Positions 57,995 through 64,000 of a DNA stretch of 64,000 nucleotides are shown here, in pieces (within the stretch, counting starts at the first letter, position 1; each line of letters begins with the position of its first letter). Where the stretch lies: positions 87,848-151,847 of the forward strand of contig DMZH01000001.1 in the NCBI GenBank assembly GCA_003484955.1, written 5' to 3'. This DNA is from Candidatus Woesebacteria bacterium (GTDB lineage Bacteria > Patescibacteriota > Microgenomatia > UBA8517). A program made the translations under genes and the position numbers. Under the pieces are notes generated by a model. That model saw only the letters and a list, made by a program, of their open reading frames with translations, made no database searches and was not told where the DNA came from.

Positions 57995-58964
57995 CTTGGA
58001 CCAAATTGTCACACACCCTTTGCAAACTTCTTTTTGGGGAGAGTTTAGGAAATCCTGGGGAAACGAGGTTCTTGAAACAAAATACGGAATACTGACTCTT
58101 CACAAATTGCCATTAACAAACTACAAAATCGGTATGTTTATAAAGGGACCGGAACCCAATCAACCAATGCTTACAGACTTAAAAGAAATTGGTAGAAAAT
58201 ATAAACTTGTTTTCATCAAGTTAGAACCGAATGTTGGTTGGGAATTTCCAATTTCCGGTCCAAAATCTTCAATTAAGTCCAAACTAATTAAATTACTGAA
58301 ACAAAACGGAGCTGTGCAAGGAAAAACACTATTTACACCCACCACTTTTCAAATAGATCTATCCCCAAGCGAAGAGGAGCTAATGAAAGGCTTCTCAAGT
58401 AAAACCCGCTACAACATAAGGCTGGCTGAAAGGAAAGGTGTAATAGTCAAGGAAAACGGCTCCGACAAAGCTTTTTCAAAATATCTTGAGCTAACCCGCG
58501 AAACTGTTGGAAGACAAGGATTTTTTGCCCATACTGAAAAATATCACCGGCTGATGTGGAACATTTTGAAAAAAGCCGGAATAGCCCGCTTGATGGTTGC
58601 TACTTATCAGGGTGAAATTATCACCACCTGGATTCTTTTTGCCTGGAAAGACTTTTTATATTACCCATACGGGGCTTCTACCGAAAAACATAAAGAAGTC
58701 ATGGCCAACAACCTCATGATGTGGGAAGCGATAAAATTCGGCAAAAAACTCGGACTTACCACGTTTGATCTCTGGGGGAGGGAGGAAGGTAAAGGTTTTA
58801 CAAAATTTAAGGAAGGTTTCAGCCCGAAGGTGATAGAATTTTTAGGTACGTGGGATCTGATAATAAACAAGCCGCTTTACATGATTTATAAGATAGCCGA
58901 ATATATCAGGTGGCCCGTACTTAAGCTGTTTGCGGCATCTGGATTATCGAAACACAGATTTTAA
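57987..58964 (+). CDS. FemAB-family (peptidoglycan interpeptide aminoacyltransferase-like) protein
   Basis: Two-GNAT-lobe-sized protein. FQTSFWGEFRKSWGNEV... and KFKEGFSPK resemble the FemX/FemAB Pfam family (SW..FK..FG). Moderate confidence. Confidence 0.5.
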   Translation: MNNLDQIVTHPLQTSFWGEFRKSWGNEVLETKYGILTLHKLPLTNYKIGMFIKGPEPNQPMLTDLKEIGRKYKLVFIKLEPNVGWEFPISGPKSSIKSKLIKLLKQNGAVQGKTLFTPTTFQIDLSPSEEELMKGFSSKTRYNIRLAERKGVIVKENGSDKAFSKYLELTRETVGRQGFFAHTEKYHRLMWNILKKAGIARLMVATYQGEIITTWILFAWKDFLYYPYGASTEKHKEVMANNLMMWEAIKFGKKLGLTTFDLWGREEGKGFTKFKEGFSPKVIEFLGTWDLIINKPLYMIYKIAEYIRWPVLKLFAASGLSKHRF

Positions 58965-58985
58965 AATTTAAGGGGGTGAGAAAAA

Positions 58986-59351
58986 ATGAATAAAAAAATC
59001 GTAATCGCAATATTGGTTTTCCTTGTAGTAGGTTTTCTGGCGTGGCTGTATTTTAAACCCGCAAAAATAACAACTACCCAGTCAACTAATGACACCGCTG
59101 CGACGGCAGACATTACTATTTCGAACTTTAATTTTTCACCGTCATCTTTTACTGTCAATGCAGGACAAAAGGTTGGTGTTGTAAATAAGGACTCTGTGCA
59201 GCATTCACTGACATCCGATGACAAATCGTTTGACACTGGACTCTTATCGACCGGCCGGGAGGGAAGTTTTACGGCACCGACGGTTCCGGGAACTTACAAG
59301 TTCCACTGTGCGCCGCACCCAGACATGACAGGCACGCTAATTGTGCAGTAA
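58986..59351 (+). CDS. Membrane-anchored cupredoxin, amicyanin-like blue copper protein
   Basis: N-terminal TM. YKFHCAPHPDMTGTLIVQ matches amicyanin HCTPHPFM (Cys-x2-His-x2-Met ligands). Upstream His in VQHSL. Confidence 0.7.
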   Translation: MNKKIVIAILVFLVVGFLAWLYFKPAKITTTQSTNDTAATADITISNFNFSPSSFTVNAGQKVGVVNKDSVQHSLTSDDKSFDTGLLSTGREGSFTAPTVPGTYKFHCAPHPDMTGTLIVQ

Positions 59352-59366
59352 GTTATACTTACTCAA

Positions 59367-60266
59367 ATGGTAGATATACGTCAATCCGTTCATTTTGCCA
59401 ACTATCTTAAAAGGCTTGGCTGGACGGTTGAGCGGATCGGAGAGATAAACTACTTCATTAAAAAAATGCCTATCGTGGGCTCTATTCTTAAACTGCAGAG
59501 GCCCGAAGAAATCAGAATGGATACGATACAAAAGTTATCCCAAAAATACGGTGTTTTTCAGATAGTTGTTGAGCCGTCCCTAAGTTCCTACATCGGGCCC
59601 CTCGAAGATCGTCGCAATCTAATGTTAGCACACGGCTTTAAATTATCAAAAAGCACATATTTACCTTCAAAAACGCTTCAAATTGACTTGACAAGATCAA
59701 AGGAAGATATCCTCCAAAATTTTAAAAAGGATGCACGACAAGCCATTCGAAAAACTGAAGGCCCTGAGCGAAGCCGAATGGGGAAGGGGTTATTTATAAA
59801 AGAATACTCAACCCCCGATGAAATAAAAATATTTCGGGAGGGGTGGAAAAAATCTGTTAAATTTGATCGTTATGTACCAAGCACTGAACAACTCATTAAG
59901 TTAAAGAGAAGTTTTCCATATTCTAAGTCCCTATTCCTTGCGTCGCACAATATATCTGGCAGAATTATAGGAGGAGTGATTTTCACGACTTCTTCACACG
60001 AAAGATCAAACTATATCACCTACTATTGGCAAGCATTCACAAACCCTGAGGGCAGGTCTACCCTATCCCAGTATTCCCTCCTCTGGAGAGGAATACTATG
60101 GGCCAAAAAGCAGGGTTATAAGATCTTTGATTTTGAAGGTATTTTTGATCCCCGCTTCCCCAACAAAAGCTGGTTGGGATTCACCCACTTCAAGGGCTCT
60201 TTTGGCGGCTACGAAGTAGAATATCCTGGATGTTTTATCAAAAATCGTCTACCATTTAAATCATGA
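59367..60266 (+). CDS. Second FemAB-like / GNAT-fold protein (divergent paralog)
   Basis: Similar size and layout to 57987..58964 (WKKSVKFDRYVP..., FKGSFGG). Assignment is tentative. Confidence 0.4.
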   Translation: MVDIRQSVHFANYLKRLGWTVERIGEINYFIKKMPIVGSILKLQRPEEIRMDTIQKLSQKYGVFQIVVEPSLSSYIGPLEDRRNLMLAHGFKLSKSTYLPSKTLQIDLTRSKEDILQNFKKDARQAIRKTEGPERSRMGKGLFIKEYSTPDEIKIFREGWKKSVKFDRYVPSTEQLIKLKRSFPYSKSLFLASHNISGRIIGGVIFTTSSHERSNYITYYWQAFTNPEGRSTLSQYSLLWRGILWAKKQGYKIFDFEGIFDPRFPNKSWLGFTHFKGSFGGYEVEYPGCFIKNRLPFKS

Positions 60267-60442
60267 AAACACTGGGAGAGTTAGAGGCAGAGGTAAATGA
60301 AATTAAAAAAAGGAACGTCAAAGTCGAAACAGACAAAGCTTGGGAAACTTCAATTACCAGACGTTTACTTTTGATTGTTTTTACTTATCTCGCAATTGCA
60401 ATCTACCTTATAACCTCATTAGTGTTCCATCCTCCTGGTTAA
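60263..60442 (+). CDS. Small ORF (59 aa) with ATGA start/stop overlap to upstream gene; coiled N-terminus + one TM
   Basis: Hand translation: MKTLGELEAEVNEIKKRNVKVETDKAWETSITRRLLLIVFTYLAIAIYLITSLVFHPPG. Below the track's length cut-off. Conflicts with track ORF 60340..60531. Confidence 0.3.
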   Translation: MKTLGELEAEVNEIKKRNVKVETDKAWETSITRRLLLIVFTYLAIAIYLITSLVFHPPG

Positions 60443-60527
60443 ACGCCATCGTGCCGGCAGTTGGTTTTATGCTTTCAACTCTTACATTACCTTTTTTCAA
60501 AAAAATTTGGGTTAAATACATTAAAAA

Positions 60528-60788
60528 ATGATAATTAAAAAGAAAACTTGGACCGAAGGGTTTGAAAAAATCCTTTCTGGAGAAAAAACTTTTGATGCTA
60601 GATTGGTAAATTTTGAGTGTAAGCCGGGTGATACTCTAGTTTTAGAAGAATACGACCCGGCAAGGAGAAAATATACTGGTAGAAAAATCGAGAAAGAAAT
60701 TAGCTTTGTTCTAGATACCAAAAAGCAAAAGTACTGGTCTCAATCCGACATAAAAAATGTGGGTCTTCAAATAATTGCATTTAAATAG
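60528..60788 (+). CDS. DUF3850 (ASCH-like) domain protein
   Basis: KTWTEGFEKILSGEKTFDARLVNFECKPGDTLVLEEYDPARRKYTGRKI follows the DUF3850 pattern (FeavlsGkKtfEiRknDrdfqvGDilvLrEyd...ytGr). Confidence 0.5.
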   Translation: MIIKKKTWTEGFEKILSGEKTFDARLVNFECKPGDTLVLEEYDPARRKYTGRKIEKEISFVLDTKKQKYWSQSDIKNVGLQIIAFK

Positions 60789-61242
60789 CTTTTTTAATTC
60801 TCCTTAAGTTTTCCTCTATTATCTCCTTTTGTTCCGGCCAAAAGAGTTGGGGTAAATTATTAATATCAAACCAATCGAAAACTAAATCTTCTTCACCTTT
60901 TTCCAATTTTTGTATCCCATCAACCTGGTTTGTAATAAATAAATAATAACTGGTAATTCCCCACCTATCTTTTTCAAAAGACAGTCTTTCCTTTTTTCCT
61001 AATAGACATATCAAAGTCAAATCGCTAATTCCAGTTTCTTCAGAAACTTCTCTCGCAGCGGCATGTTCCAAACTTTCACCGTTCTCCACACCACCTTTGG
61101 GAAGCATAAATTTGTTAAATTTGTTATCCCGTATAAACCCAATCAATAAATTGTCCCCATCATTTCTCACAACAACTCCACCAGCCGCCAATCTTTCCGG
61201 GATTCCTTTTGGTTTTACATACCAGCTTTTGTTGATTTTCAT
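60781..61242 (-). CDS. NUDIX hydrolase
   Basis: Nudix box GGVENGESLEHAAAREVSEETGI. Confidence 0.8.
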   Translation of the reverse strand: MKINKSWYVKPKGIPERLAAGGVVVRNDGDNLLIGFIRDNKFNKFMLPKGGVENGESLEHAAAREVSEETGISDLTLICLLGKKERLSFEKDRWGITSYYLFITNQVDGIQKLEKGEEDLVFDWFDINNLPQLFWPEQKEIIEENLRRIKKAI

Positions 61243-64000
61243 GATTCCTCAGATTTACAAAATAGCGAGAACTCACAACCCATCTGACAAAACATGTGAT
61301 TGCTACACTTAAAGTCGGATTTTTCTATTTCGTCCCTGACTTTAAGAATTTCGGTAACAGCATTTTCCAATTGTTTGACTGTGCGTGTTGTGGAAATTTT
61401 TTCCTGAGAATCAAGATAATACAAAGAGAGTTTAATTCTTTCCGGAATTTTTCCAAAAGGCTCTGTAGGAATCTTGCTTGCTGCTAAGGCGTAAAAACTG
61501 AGCTGCAAGTTTTTGTCCACTTCTTTTTGGGTCGGAATTGTTGCCCCGGTTTTATAATCAACAATTTCTATTTCTCCGTTGCCCAAATTGTCCACCCTAT
61601 CAAGCCGCCCGCCAATTTTCAAATCTTTGACAAGCGGTATTGTGAATGGCAGCTCCAGTGCAGTCGGAAGAATATTCGGATTGAATCCCTGCTTCAAAAA
61701 TCCTGATAAATATAATTTACCTTTATTAAAAAATTCTTTCTCGTGAGATTTACTCTTAAATCCTTCTTTTACCCAATTATTTTCAAGAAGTTCATAAATA
61801 AACTTTTCTGTTGGTTTTGATCCTGCAGCTACCTCTTCAAAAAAATTCTTTAGAGTTGCGTGAATCGCCATTCCAAAACTTTGAGATGCGGAGGGTGGTG
61901 TCGGAACTTTCAAAATATATTTAAGTTTGTAATGAAGCGGACAAGTTTGGAAAGTTTCAATTTGACTGAAGCTCAGATAATCAACATGGAAATCTTTTTC
62001 CGGCAGCGTCTCTTTAATACCAGTTTTAATTCCATAATCAAGAAAAGACAATTGAGCAGCCTTAATTAAAGTTTTTTCAGCCCCCATTGCTTTCTCACCC
62101 AAAGCTTCAAAAATAAATGGAGATAATTTTTTCTCACGCTTCCCCTCCCCATAATAATCGGCGGCTGTAAAATACAGTCTCTCTTTTGCCCTTGTCATAC
62201 CCACGTAGAACAGACGGCGTTCTTCCTCCAAGTGAAAGTCCCCCATCGGCAAAACCTCTTTTATAAGCTCATTGGGAATCGGGATTTGTTCACGACGTTC
62301 TACCGCAGGAAACCTTTGGGAAACCAAGTTGGCAAGAAAAATCACCGGAAACTCCAGTCCTTTTGCGGAATGAGCAGTTAAAATATTTACAGCGTTAATT
62401 TCAGTCCAGTCTTCGTTTGTGGCCAAAGGACTTTCCCCAAGCTCCATTGAAAGATCCAGCCAGTCGACAACAGCAGTGACGGTCGCGTCTTGATTATCGA
62501 CTTCGTAGGTTTTGAGCTTATCGAAAAATTTGGATATATTTTTGGCTTTGCTTTCGGCCTCTACCGATGCCGGAGACAAAAGCTTCTGAATAAGTCCCGT
62601 CTCCTCAAGAAAATAATAAAGTATTTGTCCGGCAGTCTCCCGACGTGTGAGACCAAGATGTTTTTTAATAATACCGACCAATTTAACAACCCTCTCTTTA
62701 CTGTCACCGGACAGAACTGGCCCTTCCGATGCGTTTCGCGAAGTATCTGTCTTCGATGAGGGAGAGTTTTTTGCTACGATTTCTGCGGTTTCAAAAAGTG
62801 AAAGGTTATATTTTTTTGCATAATTCCCCATTGCAGCAATGTCGCGCGGAGCAATATCGAAATACTCATTTGATAAAACTTTATAGAAAGCTACAGAATC
62901 TTCAAAGTTATAAAGAACTTTGAGGTATGAAATTAAGTCAACTATTTCAGGCTGTTTAAATAGTCTTCCCGGACCCAAAAATTGATAAGGAATTCCATGC
63001 CGGGACAATGCCCTCATAATAGGTTCCGAATGATTATTGGCGCGAACCAGTATTGCAAAATCCCCCCATTTATATTTTCGGTCTTCCTCTGTTATCTTTT
63101 TTATTTCTTTAGCGATAATATCCGCTTCGTTTTCGACCCTGTCGGCATGAATGAATTTTATTTCGGCGCCGTCTTTTGCAACCTGAGACTTTAATCTTTT
63201 ATCTATTTTTTCAACCACCTCCAGCCTGTCAGGGTCATTAAATTTAATTAGATCGTGACTTCGGTCAAGAATTTCCTGTGTTGAACGGTAATTTTTTGTT
63301 AAAACTATTACCTTGGTTTTTGGAAAATTTTTCCTAAATTGAATAATGTTACTTACTGCCGCGCCTCTAAATCTATAAACCGATTGATCATCGTCTCCTA
63401 CTACATTTATGTTTCCGTTCTTCCCAGAAAGAAGCTTTGTCAATTCATTCTGAGCAAAGTTTGTATCTTGAAATTCATCAACAAGAAAATATTTAAACTG
63501 TTTTTGATATTCTGACAAAATGTTTGGTCTATCCCTAAAAAGTTTAAGGGTTTTGATTATCAGATCTCCAAAGTCCATTAAACCTTCCTTAACTTTTATC
63601 TCATCATATGCCTTATATGCCTTAGCAAGTTCTGTATATTTTTCTCCTTCAATTTTTTCCTCGTCGCTCAATTTGGAATTTGGAATTTTGAATTTTGAAT
63701 TTGCCCAATCAAGATATTGACTGGGCGACACATCTTCATCCTGCAACCGGCTAAAGTGCTGAAGCATTCCACTTATAAACTTATTTGGATTTCCAAGAGG
63801 TCTGAAATAATTTAAATCCAGTTTAAAAAGATTTTTTCGCAGAAGCTGGATGGCACCAGCCTCTGACATTAATTTATATCTTGGATCAAGTCCGATATGT
63901 AAAGCTTCCTGGCGGAGAATTCTGTCGCAGAAAGAGTGAAAGGTCATTATCCACATTTGTGTATAGCCGTAAGGAAGACCAATATCGACTCTTTCCTCCA
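61239..64000 (-). CDS. UvrD-type helicase fused to C-terminal PD-(D/E)xK (RecB-like) nuclease with flanking Cys cluster; 5' end lies beyond window
   Basis: No stop codon up to position 64000 in frame. Helicase motifs TFHSFC, FLVDEFQDTN, VVGDDDQSVYRFRGA, YRSTQEIL, LTAHSAKGLEFPVIF. Nuclease GRLDRVD...EIVDYKTG...QLSFY with Cys upstream (TCPLHY) and downstream (CSNHMFCQMGCEFSLFC), resembling an iron-staple. Confidence 0.85.
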   Translation of the reverse strand, partial: EERVDIGLPYGYTQMWIMTFHSFCDRILRQEALHIGLDPRYKLMSEAGAIQLLRKNLFKLDLNYFRPLGNPNKFISGMLQHFSRLQDEDVSPSQYLDWANSKFKIPNSKLSDEEKIEGEKYTELAKAYKAYDEIKVKEGLMDFGDLIIKTLKLFRDRPNILSEYQKQFKYFLVDEFQDTNFAQNELTKLLSGKNGNINVVGDDDQSVYRFRGAAVSNIIQFRKNFPKTKVIVLTKNYRSTQEILDRSHDLIKFNDPDRLEVVEKIDKRLKSQVAKDGAEIKFIHADRVENEADIIAKEIKKITEEDRKYKWGDFAILVRANNHSEPIMRALSRHGIPYQFLGPGRLFKQPEIVDLISYLKVLYNFEDSVAFYKVLSNEYFDIAPRDIAAMGNYAKKYNLSLFETAEIVAKNSPSSKTDTSRNASEGPVLSGDSKERVVKLVGIIKKHLGLTRRETAGQILYYFLEETGLIQKLLSPASVEAESKAKNISKFFDKLKTYEVDNQDATVTAVVDWLDLSMELGESPLATNEDWTEINAVNILTAHSAKGLEFPVIFLANLVSQRFPAVERREQIPIPNELIKEVLPMGDFHLEEERRLFYVGMTRAKERLYFTAADYYGEGKREKKLSPFIFEALGEKAMGAEKTLIKAAQLSFLDYGIKTGIKETLPEKDFHVDYLSFSQIETFQTCPLHYKLKYILKVPTPPSASQSFGMAIHATLKNFFEEVAAGSKPTEKFIYELLENNWVKEGFKSKSHEKEFFNKGKLYLSGFLKQGFNPNILPTALELPFTIPLVKDLKIGGRLDRVDNLGNGEIEIVDYKTGATIPTQKEVDKNLQLSFYALAASKIPTEPFGKIPERIKLSLYYLDSQEKISTTRTVKQLENAVTEILKVRDEIEKSDFKCSNHMFCQMGCEFSLFCKSEES

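Noticed and set aside
60340-60531. 63-aa plus-strand track ORF between the Fem-like gene and DUF3850
   Set aside because: It overlaps, in another frame, a 59-aa ORF (60263..60442) that begins in an ATGA overlap with the upstream stop and encodes a clean coiled-coil + TM peptide. That alternative is preferred, although neither is certain.
63660-63700. Short tandem repeat (GAATTTT/GAATTTG)x4
   Set aside because: It lies inside the helicase-nuclease coding region and simply encodes a duplicated NSKFKIPNSKL peptide. It is too short and irregular to be a CRISPR or regulatory array.
1-64000. Search for CRISPR arrays, transposases, integrases, toxin-antitoxin pairs and tRNA/rRNA genes
   Set aside because: No direct-repeat arrays were seen. 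No DDE/HUH transposase or tyrosine/serine recombinase motifs were found. No intergenic region is long or structured enough for a tRNA, tmRNA, RNase P RNA or rRNA. The longest non-coding gaps (125-181 nt) are explained by promoter and leader elements.

Overview
Gene-dense, low-GC bacterial chromosome segment. Almost everything on the minus strand up to ~44.5 kb is core information-processing. At the left is part of the spc/S10 ribosomal protein cluster (rplE fragment, then rplX, rplN, rpsQ, rpmC, rplP, rpsC, rplV, rpsS, rplB, rplW, rplD, rplC). Between rplC and rpsJ sit two inserted genes: a histidine-phosphatase-fold gene and a DUF2934-like small gene. Then come tuf, fusA, rpsG, rpsL, rpoC and rpoB. 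Upstream of rpoB is mltG, not rplKAJL. Next is an alaS-ruvX-mltG neighbourhood expanded by a sortase and a 738-aa actin-like/TM protein. This is followed by rodZ-like, ftsK, RNase J, UDG, a metallophosphoesterase, a stand-alone Lon-type AAA+ module, pnp with an RGG tail, rpsO, a degenerate DHH-like gene, a short infB, nusA, and the hrcA-grpE-dnaK-dnaJ operon with a CIRCE-like operator, then murJ. The plus-strand block at 44.6-50.3 kb is accessory-looking. It holds rpsT, a PilN/PilO-like pair and four membrane-anchored or secreted proteins. Two of these end in an ALPxSG + TM sortase-type sorting signal and three share a distinctive N-terminal anchor. Three GT-C-fold glycosyltransferases (one a PMT-like double fusion) and an LCP protein follow immediately. 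The right end has pcrA, two FemAB-like genes flanking an amicyanin-like cupredoxin, DUF3850, NUDIX and a 5'-truncated UvrD-type helicase fused to an iron-staple PD-(D/E)xK nuclease. No tRNA, rRNA, CRISPR array or transposase was seen. Shortened housekeeping proteins (IF2 484 aa, AlaRS 602 aa, HrcA 250 aa, RpoB 1122 aa), a sortase and no rplKAJL before rpoB suggest a reduced-genome lineage such as CPR/Patescibacteria; this is inference only. All calls come from reading the six-frame translations and the raw sequence. No database search was run.
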